From NCBI GenBank assembly GCA_964016885.1, contig OZ024745.1, forward strand, positions 47,368,001-47,432,000: a stretch of 64,000 nucleotides of DNA, given 5' to 3'. Positions 13,269 through 27,349 of the stretch are shown one piece after another. Under the pieces are notes generated by a model. It saw only the letters and a program-made list of their open reading frames with translations. It did not search any database and had not been told where the DNA came from. Position 1 is the first letter of the stretch; each line of letters starts with the position of its first letter. The DNA comes from Eledone cirrhosa (taxonomy: Eukaryota). Both the position numbers and the translations under genes were made by a program.

Positions 13269-14180
13269 TGTATATATATATATATAATATATATATATAT
13301 GCTATTAATTGACAGTAGCACTAAGACAGCATTGAGCTTAATAGGAGTGTGTATGAAAGTTTATACTATATGTTTATATACAGTAAACATATGAGAGCCT
13401 TGCTATAAAATTATTATTATTTTTTTTATTATGAAAAAATTAATTTTCTTCCTTTTGCTCTGTGAACAAATCACAGATATCTCAGTAGCCATTGAGAATG
13501 CCAGACACTACTGTTTCAAGATTTGTTAATCTCTTATCAGTGACATTTACTCAACTGGTACTGACATGGAAATAAACTAGAGTCTAATTGATTTTACATG
13601 ATGAACATTGGCTGGTTATAATTAATTAGCAGTAGCACTAAGACAGCATTAAGGATAATTGGGATGTATATGTTTTCCTTTTCTCCTTTCCTTATCACTC
13701 CTACGTGCCAACAAACTCCTTTTTTAATCATCTATATGTTTCACCTGCTTTTCACCCACCTCACAACTTTCCATCTCACCATAGTGGCCACTGGTGAACA
13801 TATGCATTGCTTTAGTGCTGTAATTTTTCTGGTGGTTATGTCTTCAATCTCTAGGTCAGTCAATCTATATATTGTCTGGTTCAATAGCACAAATAGCAAT
13901 AGCAATAGCACAAATAGCAAAACAATGAATATGAGAATATCCTTAGATAATGGAATGAAAACAATTTCTCTCCATGGATTAAATAAAGGGTTCTTGTATG
14001 AAATCCAAAGAATCTCACCAAATACAACAGGACATTGAAGAAGTGTTGAAGCTTCACTTACCCAAACATTATGACATTAATAACCAAGATGAGGATACTA
14101 ATCCAAAATATCAATGAATAGAAGTAGTAATTCATTATCTGAAAATTCAGGCAAAAATTGTTGGTCATTACTTGAACCAT

Positions 14181-14491
14181 CAGGGGTGTGCAACATATTC
14201 CATTGGCGGGCCACTTATGAACATTGGAACACCTATTAGGGCCATTAATATTTATTAAGCACTATTCCAAAGATTCACTACAACTTCTTTCCATAACATG
14301 GAATTATAACACACATAACCCTATCAGTGAAGCCCTTTAGTATAGGTCAACTAACAGAAAATTGTATTACAGTTACGAAAAAAATTCTAAATAAGCCTAC
14401 AAGGAAAAAATCAAAAACAGTCATCGCAGGCCACTCTGACTGGTCTGGCAGGCTGGATTGTAGCCCGTGGGCTGCCTGTTACATGCCCCTG
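14181..14491. mobile_element. hAT/Charlie-like MITE
   Basis: Ends CAGGGGTGTGCAAC ... GTTACATGCCCCTG with subterminal GCGGGCC-type motifs; no clean TSD. Confidence 0.6.
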
Positions 14492-15581
14492 ATCTACATG
14501 GTCACTCAGCCGGTTAGAAATAGCAGTCAGATACCCTTAAATTGTAGACTACTCTCTCAAATGTAGGGAAAACTCATTGGCTAATGTAGTCCTAGATATA
14601 CAAAAAAGATAGGATGGTCAAGCTGGAATGTCTTTGAACCCTGCTCCATCTGCGATTATTTGGAGCTAAATAATGATTTCTAATTTAGGCACAAGATCAA
14701 CAATTTTGGGGGGGAGAGAAAAGTCAATTATATCAAGGTTACATCCTCAAATGATACAAACCCACCTAACCCATGCTAGCGTGGAAAATAGATGATGATG
14801 ATGATGATGATGATTTCATGAGAAGCTGAAGCCTCTTGGATCATTACTCTGAGTTTCATATAGTTGAGTATTCAAACAACTGAAGAAAGGAAGCATTGTG
14901 ACAGATGAAAATTTCAGTCTCAAGGCATTGGTCAGTCCAAGCCCCTATAGTGGAAGACACTTTCCCATAGCACCAAAGAGTGAGATTGAACCTGAAATCA
15001 TGTGGTTGCTAAGCAAACTTCTTAAACAGCCACATTTGTACCTAGCCATGCTTGCTCTTAGCCATGCCTGTACTTAGCCATACTTGCACCTAGCCATACT
15101 TGTACTTAGCTATGTTTGCACCTTGTCATACCTGCACCTAACAATTACTGACACTATTTGCCAGTTGCAGCTGCTAGCAGAAGCATTACCACATTTCCAT
15201 TGACAATAAAATGCATAGAGCTAGAACAGATACCACAAAGAATGTCATCTGACTCTTTAACAATTCCACCAGTCTACTGTCTCTGGACTAGAACTTTATT
15301 GATCCTGAAAGGATGAAAGGCAGAGTTGGCCTTGATGGGAACTTAGAGAGCTGGCACAAATACTGAGGCATTTAAACTGATGTTCTAACATGTCAAAATG
15401 AATATAAAAATGAAACTGGAAAAAAAACAACTAACTGAAAGAAGAGAAAGAGTATATTGATGACATCAGCTTAGCTATATGTATTGTAGGCAGAAAGCAT
15501 ATACAGTTACATATAAGAAATATCACAAATCAGATTTCTCTTATGTCAAGCTAGAAATGTATTTTTGATTGCACATATTTG

Positions 15582-16020
15582 CCATCACCATCATCACCAC
15601 CATCATCATCATCACCACCACCATCATCTCCACCACCACTATTTAATGTCTGTTATCCATGTTTATATGGATTAGATGGGCTGTCATGTAATGAAGCCAG
15701 CTAGTTTAGGTGACCACATCTTGCTCATATGATCCATTTTTTGGCTTGGTTTTCTATAGCTCGCTGCCCTTCCTAATACCAACCACATTACAGCATATAC
15801 TTATAGCTTTTTTCATGGCACCATTACCACCTTTCAGGGTGGACTAGGGGCTTTTCTCTTGTATACCCAGTATGACTACCTTACAGGGTGAACTGGATGC
15901 ATTTCATCATGGCATCACTACCATCTTGCAGGGTCTACTCGGGGTCTTTTTGTTGTATCACCAGTAGAACCACCTTACAGAGTGAACTGGATGCTTTTCA
16001 TATGGCTCTAGTACAGAGTA
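15582..16020 (-). mobile_element. Diverged RTE 3'-UTR-type repeat with internal tandem subrepeats
   Basis: (CAT/CAC)n tail, gcccttcctaataccaaccac motif, repeated accttacagggtgaactggatgc units. Confidence 0.6.
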
Positions 16021-16299
16021 GACTGTTTTGTCTTTTTAGTTGAGTACTAATTTTATAGTATTTTCCTGTATAGAAAGGACCCTTTATAATATTTACAATA
16101 ATAATAGTTTCATCAGCTAAATGTTGTAATATGGCTTACTTTCATTTGGTTGCAGTAAAAGTACCCATTAAATATGAATTCTTTCAAATGCTCAAAAAAC
16201 TCCTTAGAAGTAAGTCATAGTTTCTGTTATCAAGGTGACCGAACTATCAAGAGGATAGTAACCTGAGCAAAAATGAGATGGTAAAACTTCAGAGAATTA

Positions 16300-16782
16300 T
16301 TATCTCTATTCGTCTGTGGGTAAAGTACAAATTGTACGATGCTTGTGTACAATATGCAATGTTGTATTGTAGCAAAACATGGGAATTGAATACAAAAGAT
16401 GTGTGAAGGCCGGGAAGAAATGAAGGGAACATCCTTAACTGGATATGTAGCATTAGTGTATGTGAATGATGGAACACGAATGAGCTGGGAGAAAAATCAA
16501 GTATAAAAGGAATGTAGTTTGTAGGAATGAAGCTGCACTGGTATGAACATCTGATTCATATGGAGAATGGCAGTTGGGTAAAGAAGTTTGAAGCAGGCCA
16601 AGTGGAAGAAAGCATTGGAAGAGGGAAAACATGGGGAGGAAATGATGTAGGCAGATATCAAGAGGCTCAACCTCATTAAGATGATAACTTCAACAAATAA
16701 TGAGATGCAGTGCTGGAGAAGATACTTCTAACCCAGGCAAGCATTGAAAACAGACATATAAAATTATGATGAGATGATGATA
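16300..16782 (+). mobile_element. Degraded RTE LINE 3' fragment
   Basis: Remnants of KLYDACV..AMLY.S.TW and LHWY.HL; (GAT)n-like tail. Confidence 0.7.
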
Positions 16783-16943
16783 TCATGTATATGTGTGTGT
16801 GTTATTAGTTCAGATTAAAGTTTAAGCAAAGAATTTCTGCTTTCATCCTCTATGGGATCTTCTGAAACTAGTGGTCTTTGTATTTGTTATCACTATTTAT
16901 ATATCTATATAATGTGTATGTATGTGTGTGTATACTTAATTTT

Positions 16944-17007
16944 TTATATATATATATATATATATATAAGCAGGGAAAAGTGGACGTAAAATGAAATGAT
17001 GATGATG

Positions 17008-17039
<32 letters not shown>

Positions 17040-17127
17040 TGTGTGTATGTGTGTATATATATATATATGTGTGTGTTGTGTGTATGTGTGTATATATATG
17101 TGTGTTGTGTGTATCTGTATATATATA

Positions 17128-17186
<59 letters not shown>

Positions 17187-17225
17187 TGTGTGTGTGTATA
17201 TATATATATATGTGTTGTGTGTGTG

Positions 17226-17276
<51 letters not shown>

Positions 17277-17293
17277 GTATGTCTGTATATTTA

Positions 17294-17328
<35 letters not shown>

Positions 17329-17655
17329 GTATGTGTGTATATATATATATATGTGTGTGTGTGTATATATATATATATATGTGTGTGTGTATATATATAT
17401 ATATGTGTGTGTGTGTATATATATATATGTATGTGTGTGTGTATGAGTGTATATATATATGTGTGTGTGTGTATGTGTGTATATATATATATGTGTGTGT
17501 TGTGTGTATATATATATATGTGTGTGTTGTGTGTATATATATATATGTGTGTGTTGTGTGTATATATATATATGTGTGTGTTGTGTGTATGTGTATATAT
17601 ATATATATGTGTGTTGTGTGTATGCGTGGATATATATATATGTGTGTGTTGTGTG

Positions 17656-17687
<32 letters not shown>

Positions 17688-17922
17688 AATATGAATGTAT
17701 ATGTGTGTGTGTATGTATATATATATATGTGTGTATGCAAATGTATATATGTGTGTTTGTGTATGTAAATATATATATATATATATGTGTGTGTATGTAA
17801 ATGTATATATATGTTTGTGTATGTAAATGTATATATATGTTTGTGTATGTAAATGTATATATATGTTTGTGTATGTAAATATATATATATATATAAGTGT
17901 GTGTGTGGGTGTATATATATAT
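16944..17922. repeat. (TA)n/(TG)n compound microsatellite
   Basis: Direct inspection. Confidence 0.95.
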
Positions 17923-18474
17923 ATTGTTATACTTTGGGAGGTTTATGCTGCCAATAGAAAACACACACGCCTATTGGATTTCACTTCAATTTATTGTTAT
18001 AGTTTCCCAGTTGGTTAGTTTAATAACCAGATGTTTGTTTTTGATTCTCATCAAATTTTTTTCGTGACCTCGTTAGTGACTACTTTTGTTATTATTTTGT
18101 TTCTTCCCCTTGTACTGTCCTACACCATCCTGTTTTTGTGAGGCTCCCAAAAATAAGATGGCGTAGGACAGAAAAAATACCTTTAGAAAATAGAAAGACA
18201 TAATTGTAGTGTGTGTGGACATTCTCTTGAGATGAGTGAAATGTAGGCAAGGAGAATTACATTCATTAGGTGAAGCAGGAATAATAAATTCTTGCTTTGA
18301 AAAAAAATCATATTCTTGCTATGAAAAAATCATATTCTTGCTATGAAAAAATCATATTCTTGCTATGAAAAAATCAGGAGACTAATAATCTTTTCAGAGT
18401 AGCAGAATAATTTTCAGTACCATATAAGGAAACTGATATTTACAGTAGTAATATGATTGTATATATATATATAT

Positions 18475-18679
18475 ATAGGAAAAGAGTCAGGACCCCGACG
18501 GCTGAGCTCCGGCCGTTTCGACAGCTACTTCTGAACTGATTTCAGAAATGGCTGTCAAAACAGCCGGAGCTCAGCCGTCTGGGTCCTGACACTTTTACTA
18601 TTACCCACTCTACTACCCATAATAGCGAGTACTCTGGTGCATTATGGTCCACCTGGTTCCTTACCACACTTCCTTCATT
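18475..18679 (+). mobile_element. Fold-back Penelope-like remnant: about 117-bp imperfect palindrome plus tail homologous to the Penelope 3' end
   Basis: Palindrome 18480-18596; tail 18597-18679 matches the reverse complement of 55726-55807; (TA)n on both sides. Confidence 0.8.
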
Positions 18680-18692
18680 ATATATATATATA

Positions 18693-18965
18693 TCATCGTC
18701 ATCATCACCGTTTTACGTCCGTTCTTCCATGCAAGCATGGGTTAGACGGGTTGTCCTGTTGTGGGCAGTGTCTGGTCGGCTGACCATGCCTTGCTCATAC
18801 ATGAACTGATTTTGGCTTGATTTCTACAGCTGGATGCCCTTCCTAACACCAACCTCATTTACAGTGAGTACTGGGTGCTGTTTCCGTGGCGCCTACACAT
18901 CCACTTTACAGTGTGGGCTGGGTGCTTTTTTGCCGTGGCACCTCCACGACCACCTTGCAGTGGGA
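18693..18965 (-). mobile_element. RTE 3'-UTR-type repeat
   Basis: Same family motifs and (CAT)n end. Confidence 0.8.
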
Positions 18966-20054
18966 TATATATATATAAATCAGTCATCAGGTCCCATCTC
19001 TTTATAATATGTATATATATATTGCATACATACTTTGCTGCAAAGTATGGTTTCTTTAAAGTTACTCACAATGAGTAAATAATTATGGATCAACCATTTG
19101 TGAAAACATGTAATGTTTTGAACCTATATCAAAATGAAGAGTTTGATGTTATTAATAACGATATGCACAGTGAAAAATACAGCCGAAGGGAAAATATTTT
19201 GACTTTTTATAAAATTTACTTCACCCTCTCTCTTTTCATTATCAGATTGTTTTAGTGTTATTTCAATTAATAGTTAAATAGTATTATTTTTATTGATAAC
19301 ATATATTTATTGAAAATATACAAATGAGAATTTTGTTTTATTTAATTAACTATTTTTATTTTCAAAGTTAATATTCATTTCTGTATAAGCACTGTGAAAT
19401 TTGAAAGAAAGAAATCATAACTATTTTATTCATGTAACATTACTTGCTATTACCTACAGTGGACAATCCCGAATCCCTATAAAATGAATTTTTAAAATAC
19501 CAAAAAATGAGAACCCCAACAGCTTGTAAACTCCCAAATTCTAAAAACTGAAAATATACTTAAAGGAAAACAAATATTAAAAAAAAAAACGTTCTTAAAA
19601 GATACTTATTGCAGTTCTAAAAGGGATATTTATTTGAAGAAACATTATTTACATTTTTTAAGCAAATGTCAATCAAAAATATCAGAAGCATAAATTTATT
19701 AAAGAAATAGTAAAAAAAAAAGAAGCATTTCTAAACGATATTAACTTATTATATATATAAAATATTTCCTTAATAAAATGCATGTTTGATATTTTTTATC
19801 AACATTTATTCAGATTTAAATAATATATTTGCTAAATAAATACTCTTTGTTAAAACTATAAATAAATAAATATCTTTTATTATTTTTTTTTCCTGGAGTA
19901 TATTTTCAGTCTTTTGAATTTTGTTGTCAGTGTTTTATTTCTAAATTGAATCTTATAAACCATTTAAGATTCTGTATATGACAGGTAACACTGTAGTCTA
20001 TATTTTTTAATAATTGTAAGAAACTTAATGTTTCATTCTCTTTGTCTTATTTAA

Positions 20055-20238
20055 CGCTTTAGCATTTACATTACTCTATATATACTATTGTATTTTTGTG
20101 GTAAAGGTTTTACCTCACATAATTTTCTCACATAATATGGAATCTATGAAATTTTGATGTTATTTATTTTGAGAACGATACCTTAACATTAGTATGAGAG
20201 AATTCTGGCCGGATATAACTGGTTTAAATGCTAAAGGT
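20055..20238. mobile_element. piggyBac-like MITE family A, copy 1
   Basis: TTAA then cgctttagcattta ... taaatgctaaagg; reverse complement of the copies at 32024 and 53915. Confidence 0.7.
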
Positions 20239-21903
20239 TCAAAACAATAAAAAAAATAACTTCAGTAGCATACTGATAATTTCTCACTTCATTGACTGAT
20301 ACATTGAAAAAATGAATCAATTTGAAATCAACATTTAAAAATAGGAATAAATAAATTAGTACATAAATAAATTTAGTTTTAATAAATATTTCACTATTCA
20401 TTTTAAATCATTTGAAAATGTAATATATATTGAAATAAGATTGGCTTGCCAAATTTAGATTTTGTTTTAATAAATTAATTCATTTAAATATTAGAAATAT
20501 TATCCAAAGAGGTTATTGATGGTCATTAGCAAAATCAATAAAATGAAACTTTTTCGTCAGAGAATGACAAAGGGCCTTGCTCAAAACATTAGATATATTC
20601 TCTCTTCATGGCAACTTAACATACCTCTTTTTTTGTTTGTACTGAAAACACACACTCACACACACACACACATATATATATATGATCCTCAGATTGGTAT
20701 TGCCAAAAAATATTTAGTATTTGCAAAGTATGTTAGTCTAAATTTTAATGGATATGCATGAGTTTCATAGTAAAATGGGAAGCATTGTAATTTTATTGTT
20801 TATATGATTTCTTTGTTAAGGAAATGAAGAAGTTAAGTTGCTTTATATTTTTAATGAGATTTTATTGAAACTTGAAGGAACAAGTAAAAATTCTGGTGTA
20901 AAATTACTTTCTTGAGAAAAGATGACATCCACTTATCAAAATTCAATAATTTTATTAGAGTTTTTTTATATAACGAAAATGTTTGCATTGACACTTGATT
21001 TTTGATTTCTAAACATATGTAAATTATTTAGATGATGAAATTGATCATTCACCCTTATATTTCATCACAGTTTTGTAGCAATGGCTCTCAAAGTACAGGG
21101 CCAAAGATACTTTTGGCACCCCAACCTTAAATAACAACCATGATAGACCAGAGGAGACTCTCCGGCACCCTTACCATCCCCATTATCACTCCTTACTATT
21201 ATTGTATTTGCCTGAGAATATTAAAAGCTAAACTGAAATTTTATTTAATCCATCACAAATTCCATCTAGTTTCAATAATAAATCTCATTAATAAGTCATG
21301 TAGTTAAACTTCTTTTTATCTTTGAATTCCTTACACAATTATTTAACTAGTTCCACACACCATTCTCTGATTTTGATTTTCATAATTTACTGTCACTTTT
21401 ATAGTTTTCAATGTTATTAAAACAAACCATATTGTATGTTGTTCTTATTTTCTTGCTTTTGTTTATTATATCTTAATTATTTGTGAATATCATATGTCAA
21501 TGTTGTCATCTATTTGTTTCATTACATTTTCAGAAATCCACATTATCATTATTGTTATCATTAATCATTGCCATAATCATTGTTATTTATGTCATTAATT
21601 TTTTTTTCGCCAATCTGTACAGAAAACCCACTGATTGATGTACTAACATTTTTGAAAATGTTATCAACACCATTTCAGTAACTACTATTATTAATCATAG
21701 TACTCCTAAGTATGACAACAGTGATTGTTGGTTTCTTTACTTATTCCCTATCCCTCCTGTATTCCTTGAAAGCCTCCACCAACCCTCACTTTGAAGCTAA
21801 AATAGCTCTGTCCACTTTAGCAATCTACTCTGATTGATTGAAGTCCACTAATCCATCTGCTTGCCTACCCCAAATGTTTGGTCCTACACTGTATTTTATC
21901 TAG

Positions 21904-22131
21904 GCTCCAAGCGTCACGTGAAATCAGACCACGAAGAGGACATTGCTTGCGATACCCCGATATTAGATCGCAGAGACAGTCGCAGTGAGACTCATTTCAA
22001 CCGAGTTAAAGGCAAAATGTCCTTCCGTGCTGCAAGCCATGCAACATTGACATTTCTGAGTGCCAGGAAGAGGATAGAAGATGGTATAAAAATCCTTGGA
22101 AGACGAATGAGCCGACGGGGCAGTGTAGATG
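21904..22131 (+). CDS. unc80: UNC80-like internal exon (GSKRHVKSDHEED...RRMSRRGSVD), symmetric phase 1-1, 228 nt
   Basis: ttttatctAG acceptor, GC- and CpG-richer open frame, G|GTAATG donor; phases fit both neighbours. Confidence 0.72.
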
Positions 22132-22559
22132 GTAATGAATTGAATAAGTTTCGCGAAAGTTACAAGTTATGACTACATTTGCTTTTGTTGACCAGAAACT
22201 CATTGGTTGTACCTTGTAACTGCTTTATAGGCTATATCTCTCTCTATCTATCTCTATATATTTATATATTGGTGCTTTGGTCAGTCAACTCTTGCCAAAA
22301 CAAGTCTTGATGCTTTAGATATTTTTAGAATGCATTTTTTTTAGTTGGTGATAATGACATGATTGAGAAAGAGAAACCTTGAGCTGTTTAACATTAACAT
22401 ATATTTGTATGTTTACTTAAAATATGTAAAAAATGTGAAGTATGCTGTGTTAACTAAAGCCTGTCTGTTGTCATTTCAGTTTAATATCTATGCTAATTTT
22501 TTTTATTTAAATTTAAAATTTAGATTAATCTTTAATGCACTTTATTCCTCTTGCTCTAC

Positions 22560-23460
22560 TTGGCATAACCCATTTAATTCATCACAAACTACATAAAAAA
22601 ATAAATAAACAATTACTATAGTCTAATTATTCATGCTGACACTTAACATCTTCATGAACCCCTAAGAAAAACATATGCATGATAGGTGCAAGTAGAACCT
22701 TTATTTAAATCAGTCTTGCACCATACCCAAATATTTTTCACTGGTTTCTGTTTGGTTGGTGTTTGTATATTTAATCTCTGTCTCACAGACAAAGGACTCT
22801 ACATTACAATTTTGTTGTAATGGACAGTCATCTTTTATCCTGCAAGAGCATCCTAGATTTACATCTGGTTTGGTCTTGGCAGTCATTTTGGATCTCATAG
22901 ATGGTGGGCAAGAAGATATCTTCACCAAGCAAGGATTGAAGATCTTAGTGTACCTATGTTGTGGGGGAATGTGCCTATCAATTGGGTCTAAGAATCTCTT
23001 ACATTTATCCTTACGTTGAGTAGAGGGGGAGTGAACCAGATTATTTTCCTTTTTCTATTTCTATTCTTAGGTTGAGGTCTACTGGGTATGTACTGGATCT
23101 CTTCCCTGAATCCACTATCAATTATCTCCCTTGGCATTTTAAAGCCGATCAGTTTTATGATAAACTTTATCACATATTACAGATAAACATCGAATCAAAG
23201 CAAATTGCATGCACCTCTCTGTACATATAATGATGTAATATTATAATCTACTAATTTTGGGGAGTTATCCACCCCCTTTGTTTTTGCGTGAAACTGACCA
23301 GTTTTTGTAAAGTAATGATTTTTTCTTAAAATTTGTCCTTGCCTCTGATGAGAGAGGCCAGTTTTAGAATGGCTCCACCACTATATAATGGTGACCATAA
23401 CTGAACCTCGAAACCTAAGATCGTGCATACATGTTGAGTGTATGGAATTTAATATAAACT
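22560..23460 (-). mobile_element. Degraded Penelope-like element fragment with an inverted terminal-repeat-like segment
   Basis: ORF remnants SGFREEIQY...RKRKIIWFTPP and CSCRIKDDCPLQQNC...EKYLG..FK.RF (GIY-YIG-like); degenerate hammerhead-like CTGATGAGAG...CTCGAAAC on the opposite strand at 23345-23414; ends at (TA)n. Confidence 0.75.
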
Positions 23461-23471
23461 ATATATATATA

Positions 23472-23812
23472 ATAAGTGGTTCAGTAGATTCATGGTTTAA
23501 TGAGGAAGGTACGAAAATCAGCACTCTATGCTATGCCAGAGTGTAAATCTTAAAAACAAAATGAGGTGATGGATGGCCCAGGATCCATGTAAATGCTACA
23601 GATCCGACTCCAGCCTGATGTGCTCATCAGACTTGTTAATCAAACCAAACCGGATGAGATTTTGGCTTTGTTTGATTAACAAGTCTGATGAGCACATCAG
23701 GCTGGAGTCAGGTCTATAGCATTTACATGGATCCTGGGCCACCCATCTGTGGAACGGTCATAACTGTGTATAATCAATAAAGACTCTAATGTGAGACCTC
23801 GTTTTATTTTTA
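23472..23812. repeat. Fold-back element; about 84-bp arms 23568-23651 / 23664-23747 plus outer 17-bp arms
   Basis: gatggatggcccaggatccatgtaaatgct ... agcatttacatggatcctgggccacccatc; TA tracts on both flanks. Confidence 0.85.
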
Positions 23813-23829
23813 ATATATATGTGCGTGTG

Positions 23830-24330
23830 TGTGTATAAATAACATCTCAGGGCAAAATTCATCTTCCCCAGCAGCCTTGCCACATTTGAGCTCTTAAATT
23901 GTTCTTGAGACCTCAGCCTCTGAGAGATTAATTACCGCTCCCAGATGCCCCTCGTGTATATTAGAAGATGCTGTTGTGATTGGGTCTAGGAGATCGGCAA
24001 AGTATTCTCTTAACGTTGCGAGGATGCACTTCTCTGAAGAGAGGAGAACCCTAGACACATTCCTCATAGCAGGTGTGGAGGAGAACTTCTTATTATGAAG
24101 TCTGCATATCGTCTGCCAGAACATTTTTATTTGCTGATCTGAAGTCAGATTCCAACTTAACCCCCAAGTTCTCTCATGTCTTAACTGTGGATGCCTTTAC
24201 TGTCTCTGCTGCGACTTTTTGCCCCTGCTTGTAACACAAGTGTAAGGAGGACTTATTTACAAGCCAAGCTTTTAGACCTCTTTATTTCCTTAAATGGTCC
24301 CTTCGACCTCTTGATTGCATGGAAAAGCAG
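23830..24330 (-). mobile_element. Degraded RTE-like LINE internal fragment
   Basis: ILATLREYFADLLDP...LSEAEVSRTI resembles the pre-RT linker. Confidence 0.55.
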
Positions 24331-24601
24331 ATGTAAAAACGATGATGATACTGGGGATCTCAATGGAAAGATAGCTAGAAGTTTCAAGTTAGAGGAACAA
24401 TTAAACATAGTTTAATTTATGCCAAAATCTCCATTGGGAGGAATACGAGTTCAGAAAATGAATATAAGAGAGTTTTGCTCTTATCTTGTCCCTAACTGCT
24501 TATTGAATATGCACGTGTGTTTTTTCTTCAATTTTTTTTCTGTTCCTTTCACTTCTCACTCTTTATCTTTCCATTTCATCTTTTATTTTTCATTTTATAT
24601 T

Positions 24602-24632
24602 CTGATGAAGGACTAGTGTCTTAAACTTTAAG
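24602..24632 (+). ncRNA. Degenerate minimal hammerhead motif within a repeat (about 24560-24720)
   Basis: CTGATGAA GGAC TAGT GTCT TAAAC; homologous to 45882-45917. Confidence 0.45.
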
Positions 24633-27349
24633 CCTATTTTCCTGTTATTTCAAGTGTGAAACTATTATATTTCTTCATTGTACTATGACGTTTGCTTTGT
24701 TATTTCTGTTTACTTTTTACACACACCCACCCCCACACACATATATGTACTTAGGAAGGGCATCCAGCTGTAGAAACCAAGCCAGAAACAGTTCTGTATG
24801 AGCAAGACACAGTCACCTCAAAAAACATGCAACTAGTTGGCAGGAAAAAATCCTTTTTTAATATCTTGTAATTTACAAGAGAGACTAAAAGCAGCATGTT
24901 GATAGCAATAGGCATTTTATAGAAGCACAATATCAATAGAGATAAAAATACAGGTAAATCAGAAAATCAGGAGAAAGGAAATAGTCATTTATAGTGAAAT
25001 TACCATCACTGTACATAAATAGAGTAGAAAAACATGTCAAAAGAAAATGAAATCAGCTTAGCAATAGCAGAAATCATGTCATTAGAGAGCAAACTATCAG
25101 TAAGCTGACCATTAACAAAAGAACAATAAAAAATGTTGAAAACATCAGCACCTTCTAATAAAAACTTTAATCTTTTTTTGAAGCCTGAAAATTCATCAGT
25201 ATATCATTGTAACTAATGCTGATACAACTGTTTTTAAAACACCCTTTGTTTTCAGTATCATAAAAGGCATTACTAATTCTATACTTTTTAACACTTTTAT
25301 AGTTGTATCTATAATGAAATACACTCTATTTCAATTAATTGATGAAAACTTTGAAGGATTTACAAAAGAAGTATTATCTATTTCATTATTAAGGTAGTAA
25401 CTTAACATATGGTTCTTATATAAAATTAGGCTGGCATATCTTATTTTAAATAGGAACCCTTTAAAATAGATGGTTTGTTTCATAGAAACAGGGATGATTT
25501 GGGCTATGTGTGTATCAAAAGAGTTAAAAACCTTCACAATAATTTCTGTTTTTACAGTTTTCAAAGATTCTTACACTCACTCACACACTTGTGAAATAGT
25601 GGTGGTGGTGGTTTGTGTGTGTGTGTGTGGGGGGGGTTGAAGCTTCTGGTTGATTTGTGGTCTTCATCAGAATCTCACATCCATTCATTCCAATGTTCTC
25701 TCATTATTTTTTAATAATTTGTTTCTATACACATACCAAAAGTACTGCTAATCTAATAATTCAACTTCACATATAAGGCCTACATTATATTTCTTTAGTC
25801 GATTTTGATTAAATAAAACTACAGTTTTTTAAAGTATATTGTATGCTGTCTCATACTCTCAGGCATAGCATCCTAAGACATTTCTCAATTATTTTACCTT
25901 AAGTGTTTCTTCACCTATATTTTCTACTTATATCATCAGCTCATGTTTTGTTTTAAATTTTTACCTAACATATATTTATCACATGAATCCTATTGACCAA
26001 CAATTCTCAAAATTACATTCCTACTTTTTCAACTCATTTGCATTCTGTTAATTCTGTCAATCAAAATAATTTATTTACTTTATGCATTTTTATTATTTGT
26101 TTTCCTAAAACAAGTGAAACATATAACTGAAATTATCATCAAGAAGTTTGAAACATTGCAGTTTTGTCTGCAGGGTGCAGCCCAAACACCACTCTGATCT
26201 AGGCCAAGAACCCATCACCCTCCCTTTTTTCTGTGGCCTAAGAGTCCTTGCTTTCCCCCCTCTTCCTCTCATTTATGGCATTTATAGTCCTTTCCTCTAC
26301 TTTCCCATACAGCCAGATTTGCCCTTCTTTACCCCTTCCCCTTTTTCTCATTACTTAATTTTGCTTTTATCTTTCTTTTTCATATTTATGTAATCATCAA
26401 TGATTTTTAATAAAATATATAACCAGTTATAAAGCAGGGTATTATTTGAACATGTATTGTAGTATTAGATATAATACCTACTGTTTTATATACATTCACA
26501 TACACACATGGCTTTTGAAGATATGATGGCACTTTATGAATGTATTTATTGATTCGCTTCTCCAGATGCTATTACTGTTGTTTTTGTTTTATTGTGGCTT
26601 GTTGATAGAATTACTTAGATCTCTAATGCTTTTGGGTGATATCTTTTAGTGTTTGCCAAGTAGTAAATGTTGCCATGTTATCAAGCAGCATTATGTTTAC
26701 GATCTATGGTTAAGAACCATCAGCATGATATATTGCTTTGTTTACTGAGATATTTTTTGTAATTTTAGCTTGTAGTCATTCTTTGTTAACCGTTATTTAA
26801 TACTAGATATTCTCTCTCTCTTTCTTTTTCTCTCTGTCACCTCCTCCACTTCTCCCTCTTACTTCTCTCTTTTTCTCACTAGAATACACAGATACCAGAT
26901 TGTTTATATATATTCACAAAAACACACATACATATATACAATATGTGTTTATATATTATATATATACATCATCATATACACATATATATGTGTCTTTGTG
27001 ACACACACACATATGTATTATTAGCACAGATTAAAAGTTTAAGCAAACAATTCCTGCTTTCCCCTTAAAGTAAGATCTTCTGAAACTGGGAAATAATCCA
27101 TGGTGGCAGATGTAAATATTTCGAAAAAATTACAACTAGATATTGCCTTTGAATAAATAGAAAAGCAGCAATAACGCATGAAAACATTCTCTTGAGATAC
27201 AGTGAAATATATGCAGGAGAATAAAATATCTAAATATGTCATTAAGTGAAGCAAAAAGAATAAATTCTTGCTATGAAAACATTATGTGATTAATACTCTT
27301 TTTAGAATAGCTGAATATTTTCCTGTTACTATATATGGAAAATATATGG

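Noticed and set aside
19457-19993. Tc1/pogo-like MITE (TA-CAGTG...CACTG-TA)
   Set aside because: Only 5 bp of terminal match, too weak to support.
21600-21840. Possible extra micro-exons or alternative acceptors upstream of exon 21904 (also candidates near 26173, 26882 and 37550)
   Set aside because: Acceptor-like AGs are present, but there is no convincing donor in a compatible phase, or there is an in-frame stop; RNA-seq is needed.
23684-23700. CTGATGAG inside the 23568 palindrome as a hammerhead
   Set aside because: No downstream GAAA or cleavage triplet in register.
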